DNA from: a virus
Taxonomy: Duplodnaviria; Caudoviricetes
Direction: 5' to 3' (one strand)
DNA: 64,000 nt
IMG/VR virus record: IMGVR_UViG_3300010283_000005
Span: 32,001 to 96,000 of that record
Both the position numbers and the translations under genes were made by a program. The notes beneath the pieces are model-generated. The model did not search any database and was not told the origin of the DNA. It was given only the letters and a program-made list of their open reading frames with translations. This document shows positions 8,956 through 19,169 of the stretch, piece by piece; the first letter of the stretch is position 1, and every line of letters begins with the position of its first letter.

Positions 8956-10683
8956 ATGGGATTATTTGGATTTCTAGGTGAATCTAGGAATAATCGCAAG
9001 ACTGCTAGATACCAGAGTAATTCCAATGATTCTTCTCCTAATAGCAATCGTTCAGGTGATTATGGTGCTAATGTAGTCGGAGTCGATAAGTACAATGTAT
9101 GGCAGTTGATATCCAAGTTGAGAGACTTGAATAACAACTATAAGTACAAGTACGCTGAGTATGAAGCAATGGCGGACGATGTCATCATTCAGTCTGCACT
9201 TGAGCTTTATGCCGATGATTCCACTCAGGTAGATACTAAGACTGAACGAATCGTAATGATTGAATCTGAAGATAAGACTTTAGCTGCTGACTTAAATGCA
9301 TTTCTTGAGTCTATCGAGATTGAGTCAAGAATCTGGAACTGGGCTTATTCAGTATCACAGTACGGTGATTATTTCTTGAAGTTATATGTGGATCCTGATA
9401 CTCATGACATCCGCATTGACGATAATACTGATCCATCCTTGATTATGGATTTGTACGAGGATGGCATTAGAGTAGGATATGCTGAGGAGGATACTTCTGA
9501 GTATCGTAATCTGAAGCATCGTTCAAATCCTAATGGACTTGACCTGATCATATCAAGTCCAGATAACTTTGTTCATTTCATGATCCGTAAATCTGCTAAG
9601 TATGATATCCTTGAGCTTCCGATTCAAGATGAAACTGACGAGAATGGAGATCCATTGATTCGTAAGTTCACAGTAGTTCGAGGAGTCTCAATGGTTGAAG
9701 GAGTCCGATCAATCTTCAGAATTCTTCAGCTTCTTGAGGATTCATTGCTAGCAGCAAGGATTGCTAAGGCTGAGTTCATTCGAGTGTTCAATGTCGAGGT
9801 AGGTGATTCTACTCCTGCTCAGACTACTGATACTATCAATAGTGTCAAGAACCTATTCGATTCGAAAGCTACTTTCGATGTGAACTCAGGACGTTACGTA
9901 TCCACTAAGGCTTACCGTCCTATTGGTGATCCAATCTTCAACCCTACTAGAAATGGTAAGGGTTCAGTAACCCATGAGAATATTGGTGGTGACTTCCAAG
10001 TAAGAGATATCGTTGATATCGATTACTTCAAGAATAAGCTATTCTCTGGATTGAAGATCCCTAAGGCACTCCTTGGATTCGAGGAATCACTTCCTGGAGG
10101 ACTTGGTGATAATACTTTGACTCGACTTGATATTCGTTACTCAAGATCAGTCAAGAGGGTACAGAATAGCTTGATTGTTGGAATCAAGGATCTGTGTAAG
10201 ATCTGGCTTAGAGTCAATAATTACAGTAATGATGCTGATTTCAAGGTAGTACTTCAAGCTCCATCTACTGCTGAAGAGCTAGGTCGATTGACTGAGATGG
10301 ATCAGAAAATGTCTACTATCAGTAGTTCAGTTCGTACCTTATCTGAGGCATTCGGAGAGTACTTGAACTTGCCTAAGGTATTCAAGGTATTCTTTGATCA
10401 ATATATTAATTATCCTGAGCTGAAGGAGAAACTCAATCCTGAGCTTGATGAGGCTATCAAGCGTTATGAGAAACATCTAGAAGAGCAGGAGCAGCAGCGT
10501 AAGGCTGAGTTAGAATTGACTCAAAATGCTGCTGATAATACTGATCCTGATAATGAGGACGATGAGGATGGAGTTGGTGATTACCAAGGTACAAGTAACC
10601 GAGGTAGGACTGCTCGACCTGACCTGAATCCTAAGAAACTTACTGAAATTAATAAGGAGGATGATACTGATGAAAAGAGCTGA
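8956..10683 (+). CDS. portal protein (T4 gp20-like)
   Basis: QLLEDSLLAARIAKA..RVFNVEVG, DIDYFKNKLFSGLKIP, LTRLDIRYSR. Confidence 0.9.
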   Translation: MGLFGFLGESRNNRKTARYQSNSNDSSPNSNRSGDYGANVVGVDKYNVWQLISKLRDLNNNYKYKYAEYEAMADDVIIQSALELYADDSTQVDTKTERIVMIESEDKTLAADLNAFLESIEIESRIWNWAYSVSQYGDYFLKLYVDPDTHDIRIDDNTDPSLIMDLYEDGIRVGYAEEDTSEYRNLKHRSNPNGLDLIISSPDNFVHFMIRKSAKYDILELPIQDETDENGDPLIRKFTVVRGVSMVEGVRSIFRILQLLEDSLLAARIAKAEFIRVFNVEVGDSTPAQTTDTINSVKNLFDSKATFDVNSGRYVSTKAYRPIGDPIFNPTRNGKGSVTHENIGGDFQVRDIVDIDYFKNKLFSGLKIPKALLGFEESLPGGLGDNTLTRLDIRYSRSVKRVQNSLIVGIKDLCKIWLRVNNYSNDADFKVVLQAPSTAEELGRLTEMDQKMSTISSSVRTLSEAFGEYLNLPKVFKVFFDQYINYPELKEKLNPELDEAIKRYEKHLEEQEQQRKAELELTQNAADNTDPDNEDDEDGVGDYQGTSNRGRTARPDLNPKKLTEINKEDDTDEKS

Positions 10684-11116
10684 TCTCATCAAGCAGATTT
10701 GTTCTCTAGCACTCGATACTGAGAAATACACTAAACAGCAGAACCAATCTGCTACTAAACTTCTTGAAGAGGTCACTCGTGGTCGTATCTCTGAGGAAGT
10801 CGCACACCAACGTTATCAATCCATACTTGATGAAGCTTCGAGTTATTGGTCTGATAAATATAAATCTAAGGTAGTATATGAGTCACTTCAGAAATATCAG
10901 AAAGGTGAGCTCGACAATGTAGGTACTGCTAAGATGGTATCTTCATTGATCACTCATTCTCTGATTGAGAAAGAACTCAATGAATCAGCTACTTTAGAAC
11001 AAATGGGTACTCTAGAACTTATGCAAGTCCTCGAGAATATGCTGAGTTCAGGACTCAATGAATCATGCTCAGATATGCTGGATTCTATCTTACATAGATA
11101 CGGATATCTAAACTAA
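10661..11116 (+). CDS. putative prohead core protein (likely start 10670)
   Basis: Between portal and protease; LNES twice. Confidence 0.55.
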   Translation: MILMKRADLIKQICSLALDTEKYTKQQNQSATKLLEEVTRGRISEEVAHQRYQSILDEASSYWSDKYKSKVVYESLQKYQKGELDNVGTAKMVSSLITHSLIEKELNESATLEQMGTLELMQVLENMLSSGLNESCSDMLDSILHRYGYLN

Positions 11117-11126
11117 AAGAAGGAAG

Positions 11127-12683
11127 GTGATTGATGCTATGGCACAGAATACTGATCTAGAGCAAGAGCTTATAATTGATCCATGCTCTAGTCCTGAACC
11201 ACTTCAATTACTTGAGTCTGTAGATACTCCTACTGGTAGCTACAGTGGAGTAGTTCTTGCTACGTTAGATGGTCCTGTAATGGATTACGTCAATCCTACT
11301 CGTAACATTCGTTTGTATGAGGAGGACTTGTGTGATCAGATCCATGACAGCGAGTATGTGAAGGAGCTAGAAGATACTAAGAACTTCTTAGGAGAACCTG
11401 ATCACCCAATGCGATATCAGAATCGCTTGGATATTCATTATCCTGAAGTATCTCATGCAATTCGTAACTTCCGTAAGGTTCCTGAGAAAGGATGCTATTA
11501 CGCTACTTTTGATATACTCGATACACCTAACGGTAGAATCCTCAAGACTCTAATTGATTATGGTGTCAAGTTAGGAGTCTCCAGTCGAGGATCAGGTCGT
11601 ACTGTTACTCGCAATGGTAGAATCGTGGTCGATAAGAATACTTATCGATTTATTACATTCGACATTGTATGTATGCCTGGTAATAAGATTGCTAGACTTC
11701 CTGTCGCAAATGAGTCAATCGACTCATCTAAGACATTAACTGAGCAGGTAATGTCACTGCTCGAATCTCATGACTTGGAACAGCTCAAGTCAATCAAACC
11801 TGTATTGAACTTCCTAAGCGAAAATGCTGAGGTAGGATCACTGCTAGATAGAGTAAACGAAGCACTGGAAGCTGATGATGGTAACACTATTGCCGAGTCT
11901 GCTACTAATGATCTTCTTGAAGCTTATTCAACTATCAGGGATCTCGAGGATCAGCTCAAAGCTAAGGATTCAATAATAAATAGCCTTTCAACTGAAAATG
12001 CTAATCTGAATGAGTCAATCCAGGCTCTGCAGAACACTAATTCTGAGATGACTAAGGAATTGGATCGTAGTAAGGATTTAGCAGTAACTCAGCTGAAGAA
12101 AGAGCAGGATGCTCGAAGATTACTCGAGTCTACTCAGCTCGAGCTTGAGGAAGCTCAGGCTTCTAATCAAAGCTTGCAAGAAAAGTTGAGTCAGTCCACT
12201 CGACATGGTTCCATGAACGAGTCTGTAGTAACTCAGCTACGTAAGACTATCGAAGATGAATCGGAGCAGCATGCTACGCAGATTGGTCGTCTGCAAGAAT
12301 CTCTCGATCAAGCTAATGCTGATTTGGATTACATGACTGATCAGCTGAAGTACAAAGAGGGATGCTACAATGGTTTACTTTCTAAGTACTTCTCGATTAG
12401 ATGCAATCAGCTAGGTCTGAATGAGAGTTTAGTTCGAGAATCCCTAACTGAAAGTCAACTCAGTAGCTTGTCTGCCGATGACATCGATGCTAAGTTAAGG
12501 AAGATGGTAGCTTCTAAGCAGCCTAAGGGTCCAGCTCCTTTAACTGAGTCAATGTCTAGGAAAATCAAGGTAGAGGGGACTTCAGTTCAATCTATACCGA
12601 AACGTAATCTGCTCAATGAATCGATGTGTACCACTGATACTGGTATCGTTGATGCAGTAAGAGCAGTTCGTATGCAAGGATAA
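11127..12683 (+). CDS. prohead protease (T4 gp21-like) fused to a coiled-coil scaffold
   Basis: LGEPDHP, VSH, ILDTPNG, LGVSSRGSG, TFDIV; C-terminal coiled coil rich in xxES sites. Confidence 0.9.
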   Translation: MIDAMAQNTDLEQELIIDPCSSPEPLQLLESVDTPTGSYSGVVLATLDGPVMDYVNPTRNIRLYEEDLCDQIHDSEYVKELEDTKNFLGEPDHPMRYQNRLDIHYPEVSHAIRNFRKVPEKGCYYATFDILDTPNGRILKTLIDYGVKLGVSSRGSGRTVTRNGRIVVDKNTYRFITFDIVCMPGNKIARLPVANESIDSSKTLTEQVMSLLESHDLEQLKSIKPVLNFLSENAEVGSLLDRVNEALEADDGNTIAESATNDLLEAYSTIRDLEDQLKAKDSIINSLSTENANLNESIQALQNTNSEMTKELDRSKDLAVTQLKKEQDARRLLESTQLELEEAQASNQSLQEKLSQSTRHGSMNESVVTQLRKTIEDESEQHATQIGRLQESLDQANADLDYMTDQLKYKEGCYNGLLSKYFSIRCNQLGLNESLVRESLTESQLSSLSADDIDAKLRKMVASKQPKGPAPLTESMSRKIKVEGTSVQSIPKRNLLNESMCTTDTGIVDAVRAVRMQG

Positions 12684-12706
12684 ATACAGAAATGGAGGAA
12701 ATTCAA

Positions 12707-14113
12707 ATGCCTAATTTTAATGATGCAAACATTATGAACGAAATGGCTCAGGTCCATTCCAACGCTCCTGCAATCATGCAGAAGTGGGCTCCTGAATTAG
12801 GAGCAATCAATGAAGCATTCGATGGTAAGCTTGACTACATGCGTCAGGTGAGTACCGCAATCCTGTTAGAGAGTGCTTCTAATCACCTTGATCGTGTTAG
12901 TGCACTTTCTCAGAGTCCGATGAATGAGGCTACTCAGCCTTCTGACGTTGGCTACTTCAAGAAGTATGCTATCAACCTTCTGTCTGCTGCAATTCCGAAC
13001 CTGATCGCTCCGGAAATCGTTTCCATGCAGCCTATGCTCAGCCGTGTTGGTGAGATGAGATTCCTTAAGGTTCTCTATGGTTCCAACAAGGGTTCTGTTA
13101 AGGCTGGAGATACTATGTTCAGTATGTTCCAGGGCGGTAACGGTGAGACTTCTTATTCTTCTGATGAGATCGACTCCGAGTACGTTGCTGCATCTGGTAA
13201 TTCTATCAAGGGCAACTTAGCTTGGTTACCTGTAGTTCCAGGTTCCGTTAAGCTTATGGTTGGTGTGAATGAGGCTGTCGATGATGGTGCTGGTCACATC
13301 AAGGGTACTGGTATCACTTCTGGTACTATTGATTACAACACTGGTGCTTTCGATATCACTCTGAGTGCACCACATAATACTTCTGACGATGTGTACTTCA
13401 ACTATCGTTACAATAACATGGATGTTCCTGTTCAGGCTCCTGAAGTTAACCTTAAGATCGAGGTCGCTCCTATCATCGCTAAGAGCCGTAAGCTAAAAAC
13501 TCTCTACTCTTTCGATGCTGCTTTCGACATGACTAAGGATTACGGTATGCAGATCAACAACGAGCTGGTTGCTTACACTGCTGCTAACATCAAGCATGAG
13601 ATCGATGGTGAGATCATGGGTGATCTGCTTCGTATCGCATCTGCTAAGTCTGTTACTTGGGATGCTACTCCTCGTGACGGTATCTCTCTCCGTGACCACA
13701 ACGAGTCCTTCTACAACAAGATCGTTGAGGCTGGTAACAACATCTTCGATGCTACTAAGTTAGCGAATGGTTCTTACATCATCGTTGGCATGAATGCATC
13801 CAATGTTGTTGAGACTTTACCGAGATTCCGCTCCGCTGGTGTGGTTAATCCTGTTGGTCCTCACCTGGTTGGTTACCTTGGTAACATGCCTGTCTACAAG
13901 GATCCGTTCTACCCTGCAGATACCTTCCTGGTTGGTTGGAGAGGTACTGGTCTGTTCGATGCAGGTTATCTGTACTGCCCGTACATGCCGATCATGACCA
14001 CTCAGCTCATCATGGATGCAAACTTCGAGGGTCAGCGTGGTTTCGCTACCAGCTATGGTAAGAAGCCTGTTAACTCTAAGATGTATGCTAAGGGTACTAT
14101 CACTCATTCCTAA
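12707..14113 (+). CDS. major capsid protein (T4 gp23-like)
   Basis: IPNLIAPEIVSMQPM, AKSRKLK, EIDGEI, DAGYLYCPYMP; start at 12707 after GGAGG (ORF track gives 12692). Confidence 0.93.
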   Translation: MPNFNDANIMNEMAQVHSNAPAIMQKWAPELGAINEAFDGKLDYMRQVSTAILLESASNHLDRVSALSQSPMNEATQPSDVGYFKKYAINLLSAAIPNLIAPEIVSMQPMLSRVGEMRFLKVLYGSNKGSVKAGDTMFSMFQGGNGETSYSSDEIDSEYVAASGNSIKGNLAWLPVVPGSVKLMVGVNEAVDDGAGHIKGTGITSGTIDYNTGAFDITLSAPHNTSDDVYFNYRYNNMDVPVQAPEVNLKIEVAPIIAKSRKLKTLYSFDAAFDMTKDYGMQINNELVAYTAANIKHEIDGEIMGDLLRIASAKSVTWDATPRDGISLRDHNESFYNKIVEAGNNIFDATKLANGSYIIVGMNASNVVETLPRFRSAGVVNPVGPHLVGYLGNMPVYKDPFYPADTFLVGWRGTGLFDAGYLYCPYMPIMTTQLIMDANFEGQRGFATSYGKKPVNSKMYAKGTITHS

Positions 14114-14170
14114 TTGAGTGAGTGACTAACTTTGCCCTCCTTATCAAAGTTGTCATAAATAGCTCTAAGT

Positions 14171-14212
14171 CAAACCCTCCTCCCTCCCTTGTGCCATGGG
14201 GAGGAGGGTTTG
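14171..14212 (+). terminator. 14-bp hairpin after the capsid gene (terminator or mRNA stabiliser)
   Basis: CAAACCCTCCTCCC / GGGAGGAGGGTTTG perfect inverted repeat; no long T tail. Confidence 0.55.
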
Positions 14213-14242
14213 CTATTAGAGAGCAGAATGGAGGTAGAAACA

Positions 14243-14812
14243 ATGCTAGGGTTAAAATATATCGGTAATAGAGAAGAAGGCATTAGCCTGGTGCTCTATC
14301 GATCATACAAGACAGTTTCAGTGACTCCTAGAAAACCTTATCGGTTCACTCCTAAGGATAATGTGTCTGAGGAAGCTCGGCACTATTATCAGGGTCTGAG
14401 TCATCTAGGAATTGCAATCCTGGACAATCCAGCTGATGCAGGTATCACTTCTGATAGTGCTACTCGTACTCAGAAACTGGAAGTAGAATCTGATACTCAG
14501 GTTGATGTTCAGGCTCCTGCTAAGTCTGAAGCTGAAGCTCCCGTAGCTGCAGAAACTGAAGCTACTCAGCCTGAAGTGACTGCAGATGAATCCCAGGATG
14601 TGGATGCTCCTGTGGATAAGAGCTTATTCGCAGAAATGTCTGATGCCGAGCTCAGTGAGTATCTTGAGATGAATTACAATCGTGATCAGCTCAAGTCATT
14701 AATCTCTGACTTAGGTGTCGATATCAACGTAGGTAGAAAGTCTGAATCTACTCTGATCGGTGATCTTGTGAATAATCACAAAGCTGAACTGGTAGCTCAT
14801 CTCTCTAAGTAA
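14243..14812 (+). CDS. hypothetical virion-associated protein with an acidic linker and a Rho_N/HeH-like C-terminus
   Basis: GGAGGT RBS before ATG 14243; RDQLKSLISDLGVD...ESTLI helical motif. Confidence 0.55.
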   Translation: MLGLKYIGNREEGISLVLYRSYKTVSVTPRKPYRFTPKDNVSEEARHYYQGLSHLGIAILDNPADAGITSDSATRTQKLEVESDTQVDVQAPAKSEAEAPVAAETEATQPEVTADESQDVDAPVDKSLFAEMSDAELSEYLEMNYNRDQLKSLISDLGVDINVGRKSESTLIGDLVNNHKAELVAHLSK

Positions 14813-14826
14813 GGAGGTGAGATGTC

Positions 14827-15522
14827 ATGGCTGATAAGAAATTCACGAGAGAAGCCATAAGTGCTTGGATTAAGGCTAAGCTAGGATATCCTACTGTGGA
14901 GATCGAGCTAACCGATGAGCAACTCGACATCTGCATCGATGATGCCCTTGATGAGATTGCTCCGTGGGTAGTTCAGCGTCAGTACGTGACACTTCCAGTA
15001 CAAGAATGTATCGATTTGTCTGAGTACAATGTATCCTATGTTATTGCAGTTCATAAAGCTAATGGAGCTGCTAATTCCAGTGATAATCAGCTGGATGTAT
15101 TCAGTCCATATACTTACATGGAAGTTCGAGGTAGTTATCAAGGGATTACTTATAGTCGAATTGAAAGTCAGCTATTCGATAATCTTCAGCAAGCTACTAA
15201 GGATAATATTTCTTGGAAGTATATCAAGCCTAAGCTGTACTTAGACATAGGTGTACCAGTGGCTACTCAAGTAACTATCGAGTACTCACCTAACATCGAT
15301 GATCTGGATTCCTTGACTGATCCTATGTACAAGAAATTCGTCAAAAGATTCGCATTAGCATTCGCTAGAGCAATTCTATCTGATATCCGAGGTAAGTTCT
15401 CAGTCTCAGGCTCTCCTGTAGAAATTGATGGATCTACTCAGGATAGTAAGTCAGAACGTGAGCTCGAAGAGTTACGTCAAGAGCTTAGAGATACAGTAAA
15501 TACACATTTCATGGTAGATTAA
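14827..15522 (+). CDS. neck/head-tail adaptor (T4 gp13-like)
   Basis: KLGYPTVEIELTDEQLDICIDDAL and RGKFS..G.PV.IDG motifs. Confidence 0.8.
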   Translation: MADKKFTREAISAWIKAKLGYPTVEIELTDEQLDICIDDALDEIAPWVVQRQYVTLPVQECIDLSEYNVSYVIAVHKANGAANSSDNQLDVFSPYTYMEVRGSYQGITYSRIESQLFDNLQQATKDNISWKYIKPKLYLDIGVPVATQVTIEYSPNIDDLDSLTDPMYKKFVKRFALAFARAILSDIRGKFSVSGSPVEIDGSTQDSKSERELEELRQELRDTVNTHFMVD

Positions 15523-15536
15523 GGAGGTTATCTAAA

Positions 15537-17000
15537 ATGAGTAATCTTAATGAAGGTTTTAAGGTGCCTGATATGAGTAAGGTCGGAGTTCATCAGACTT
15601 CTGAATTAGGCATCATCAATAGACTCAATGAGAGTCACAATCGAGCTGGTGCTCAGGGCACTAAGCCGATGAATGAGTCCGCAGGTGAGGCTACCTGCCC
15701 GCACTGCGGTGCAACTTGGACTCCGAGCGTGACTACTGAGGATGGAGCTAGTCAGCTTTGCCCTGTATGCGGTAGTGCACTTACGGATCCTAATCAGCCT
15801 GGAGTTCAGGATTCTGCTGTTGAAGATGAGCAGCATACTGAGGAGATGGAGCAGGCTAAGCTTGAGTCCACTCTGCAGGAGTACATCGATCTAGTTGATG
15901 CTGGTTCTATGAATGAGGCTAAGCAGCTGATCGAATCTGCTGAGGCTAAGGTTATCTGCGAAGCTTGCGAGGATGGTACTTCTGACATCATGCTTGAGAA
16001 GTTCGTCATCAAGGTTGATTCTAATGGTCATAAGACTAAGAAGAAAGTTCGTACCAAGAAGATGAAGCGTACTGCTGCTCAGAAAGCTGCACTTCGTAAG
16101 GCTCGTAAGTCTGCTAATAAGAGTGCTGCTAAGAAGAAGCGTAAGAAAGCTATGAAAGCTCGTGCTCGCTTAGGTCTCAATGAGAGCATCCGTAAGACTC
16201 AGATTAGCCATGCAATTATGGAGATGCTTGAGTCTCAGGGAGTTACTTCTGTGAGTGCTAAGGCAGTTAATCGTGCGATCAATGAAGCTTACCATATGAA
16301 TGAAGCTGAGGTTCAGCTTCCTGAGGAAAAGGCTCTGAGTACTCTAGAGACTATCCTTGGCAATCATGGTCTGGAAGTTACTGACTCCGAGACTAAGGTG
16401 ACTGATGGTGTCCTGATCGCTAGTGTATCTGTTAAGGATACGGATGCTGAGGTTTACTTAGGTGACATTGCTGATGAGGTCGAGGATTCTCTCGATGGTT
16501 ATGCTGTCGACTATGATGAGCCTGATGATCCGGATGAGAACGGCATCGTTGATATTGACTTCTACTTTGTTCCTCAGCTTCAGGTCAATGAGTCAGAGGA
16601 TAACTCCGATGGTGATGGCAAGACGGATCCTGAGAATAAGGATGATGGCAAGAAGGAGCCTACTAACGAGTGCGATGATCCTAAAGCTAAGAAGATGAAT
16701 GAGGGCATGCAGGTAGGTAACTACGATGCTCTATTCGAGTCTATGGCTGGAGGAGTTGAGAACATTCGTTGCAAGATGAATCCTGCTTTCATCAAGCCTA
16801 ATCAGGTGATTCTCGATGCTGGTGAAGGTACTGTCTTTAAGGCACTGACTGAGTCAGTTGCAGTTGATGGTGGCTTCAAGATGGCAGTTGAAATCTGCAA
16901 TTCCAAGAATGCTGAGCTTGCTGGCTTAGTTCCTGGTGCAGAGGTGAACTTAAGTTCTGATGGAGATTACTTCTTAATGAGAAGCAATCCGATGGCTTAA
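15537..17000 (+). CDS. prohead core/internal head protein with a Zn ribbon and a basic T4 gp68-like segment
   Basis: CPHCG...CPVCG; KFVIKVDSNG...KKKRKKAMKARARLGL; more than 10 xxE[SAG] sites. Confidence 0.6.
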   Translation: MSNLNEGFKVPDMSKVGVHQTSELGIINRLNESHNRAGAQGTKPMNESAGEATCPHCGATWTPSVTTEDGASQLCPVCGSALTDPNQPGVQDSAVEDEQHTEEMEQAKLESTLQEYIDLVDAGSMNEAKQLIESAEAKVICEACEDGTSDIMLEKFVIKVDSNGHKTKKKVRTKKMKRTAAQKAALRKARKSANKSAAKKKRKKAMKARARLGLNESIRKTQISHAIMEMLESQGVTSVSAKAVNRAINEAYHMNEAEVQLPEEKALSTLETILGNHGLEVTDSETKVTDGVLIASVSVKDTDAEVYLGDIADEVEDSLDGYAVDYDEPDDPDENGIVDIDFYFVPQLQVNESEDNSDGDGKTDPENKDDGKKEPTNECDDPKAKKMNEGMQVGNYDALFESMAGGVENIRCKMNPAFIKPNQVILDAGEGTVFKALTESVAVDGGFKMAVEICNSKNAELAGLVPGAEVNLSSDGDYFLMRSNPMA

Positions 17001-17014
17001 GTTCAGGAAGTGAG

Positions 17015-17551
17015 GTGATTAGCTTGATAACTAGTTGCCTTAATGAATATACTCGTAAACGTCTGTTGGATAGAGCTAAGAAGGATACTCCTGATAAGTT
17101 CAAGCGACGTACTGATGCTGGTGATAACTGGAAGCTCGAGCGAGTAGGATTGCTCGAGCTCTCCACCACTGGTGATCTCTACCTTTATTTTAAGGTGAAG
17201 AATTACAAGGTATCTCTGAGAATCATAGCTTATCGACCTGTGCTGGAACAGTACATTAATGGTAAGTTCCGTAATGATCCTAATAAAGCTATCAAGAAAT
17301 CTCTTGATTATGCTCTCAGAAGGAATCATATTCAGATAGCTTGTGAGTGCGATGACTTCCGTTATCGATATGCTTACATGGCTACTCAGAAAGGCTACGG
17401 ATTAGATACTCATGAAGATCGACCTGCTAAGATTACTAATCCTAAGAACAAAGGTGGACTGTGCAAGCATCAGATCCGAGTTCTTAATTCACCTTCAGTT
17501 TGGCTACCTAAGGTAGTGACTGCACTGAAGAGGTATATCAAGCAGAAGTAG
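17015..17551 (+). CDS. SWIM-type zinc-finger protein
   Basis: ACECDDF...GLCKH. Confidence 0.7.
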   Translation: MISLITSCLNEYTRKRLLDRAKKDTPDKFKRRTDAGDNWKLERVGLLELSTTGDLYLYFKVKNYKVSLRIIAYRPVLEQYINGKFRNDPNKAIKKSLDYALRRNHIQIACECDDFRYRYAYMATQKGYGLDTHEDRPAKITNPKNKGGLCKHQIRVLNSPSVWLPKVVTALKRYIKQK

Positions 17552-17568
17552 TAGAAAGGAGGATAAGG

Positions 17569-18075
17569 ATGGGATTACTTTATATGGCTGATGTAGAGCA
17601 TGACCTACACATTAAGTATCTAGCTGAAGCTGCTAAGCTACTAGGTCAGGAAGCTCTGCTGTACCAAGTCGATAAGAAATCTTGTGATTTGCATCACGAT
17701 AAGGATGTAGTCTATAAAGAACCAGTGAAATTCAATTTCTTACTGGAGCAGAATCCTACTCCAATCCTCAAGAAACTTAACTGGTTTTCAGAAGATAGTG
17801 AACTGCCGTATATAGGGTACCTTACTAAGCTTGATAATGACTACCAGGAGGTACGCATCGATACTGATGCAATCCTCGAGATAGTCACAACTCAGGTGAG
17901 TGAGCCTAATGCGAATAAGTTTATTATCACATCAGTGAGAGGTTCAAAGCTTAATCCTCTATTTTGGATATGTAAGCTAGTCCCTTATCGTGAGAAGACT
18001 GAGATGACTCCGGTTAAGGATCCTGAAGCTCCTCATGATACGAGCTTGGGATATAGCTATATCCAGAGGAAGTGA
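17569..18075 (+). CDS. putative head-closure/neck protein
   Basis: Position between head and tail genes; RBS. Confidence 0.5.
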   Translation: MGLLYMADVEHDLHIKYLAEAAKLLGQEALLYQVDKKSCDLHHDKDVVYKEPVKFNFLLEQNPTPILKKLNWFSEDSELPYIGYLTKLDNDYQEVRIDTDAILEIVTTQVSEPNANKFIITSVRGSKLNPLFWICKLVPYREKTEMTPVKDPEAPHDTSLGYSYIQRK

Positions 18076-18079
18076 TTAG

Positions 18080-18553
18080 ATGATATACATTCAGACATTA
18101 GATAGGTACTGGGATGCTGGTTCAAAACTTCTCAAAGATCAGTCATCTGATGTACTAAGGGGATTTCAAGTTTATTTAGCTCGAGAGTACGTGAGATTAG
18201 TCAAGTTATCGATTGATCAGCAACGTTATCGAGCTAGGTGGAAAGACTTGACTCCAGGCTACCTTGAGTATAAGCGTAAGCATGGCTTATCGCTGAATAT
18301 ATGGGAAGCTACTGGAGAACTTAAGAAATCCCTCAAGGTCATGAGTCCTAATGGTAGGACCATTGTAATTGGATTCGATAAGAGACGTACTCATAAGTGG
18401 TCATCAGCTAAGCTATATAAGCTAGCTCGATGGCTTGAGTATGGTACCTTACGGATACCTCCTAGACCATTGTTCCGAATGGTGTATATCTACATGTCAT
18501 CTAATATCAACTACTTTTGGAGTAAGTATCAGAAAGAGGAGGGACTATCATGA
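18080..18553 (+). CDS. putative neck/tail-completion protein
   Basis: WKDLTPGYL, ATGELKKSL and ARWLEYGT..IPPRPLFR are typical of virion morphogenesis proteins. Confidence 0.65.
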   Translation: MIYIQTLDRYWDAGSKLLKDQSSDVLRGFQVYLAREYVRLVKLSIDQQRYRARWKDLTPGYLEYKRKHGLSLNIWEATGELKKSLKVMSPNGRTIVIGFDKRRTHKWSSAKLYKLARWLEYGTLRIPPRPLFRMVYIYMSSNINYFWSKYQKEEGLS

Positions 18554-19152
18554 GCCTAGCAGCCTATGATGAAGGAGTTCTTAAGTATCTGAAAGATGCT
18601 ATGAACTTTGATAATATAATCAATTCAGCTGAGTCCCGAGCATTTGGTGATGTAGCTGAGCACACTGATAAAGTCAAAGTCAAATTTCCACTTATCTCAT
18701 TTTGGAGGATAGCTAATCCAGTTGACTTTCCAGGAGGTAATTTTGCCATGAGGCATCGTGGTAAGATTGTCCAGACTGATTATACTGATCAGAAAGGAGT
18801 ACGGTGGAGAGCTTTACCAGTGAAGTTGACTTATCAGATCACAATCTGGTCTGATAGGAGACGAGAAGTCGATGATATCTATCGTGAACTTATGATGTAC
18901 CTGATGACTGACAATCCTCACATTGAAGTGATGATGGAAGGTATGGAGGTACCTGAGAAGTTTGTACTTGAAGTTACTGATACTGATACAACTACTGATG
19001 TGGATTCCTTTGCTGATAGGGGAAGGATTTACACTCAGAATATCTTAGTTGATGTGCCTGAAGCTCAGTTACTGTTCAGCAAAGAATTCCCTATCGCATC
19101 TAAAATAGAGCCAAGATTTGTTATTATCGATGGTCTAGACTCTGAATTATAA
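18550..19152 (+). CDS. tail terminator/sheath stabiliser (gp15-like)
   Basis: FPLISF, PVKLTYQITIWS; immediately before the sheath gene. Confidence 0.6.
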   Translation: MSLAAYDEGVLKYLKDAMNFDNIINSAESRAFGDVAEHTDKVKVKFPLISFWRIANPVDFPGGNFAMRHRGKIVQTDYTDQKGVRWRALPVKLTYQITIWSDRRREVDDIYRELMMYLMTDNPHIEVMMEGMEVPEKFVLEVTDTDTTTDVDSFADRGRIYTQNILVDVPEAQLLFSKEFPIASKIEPRFVIIDGLDSEL

Positions 19153-19169
19153 CCAAGGAGGTTTTAAGC

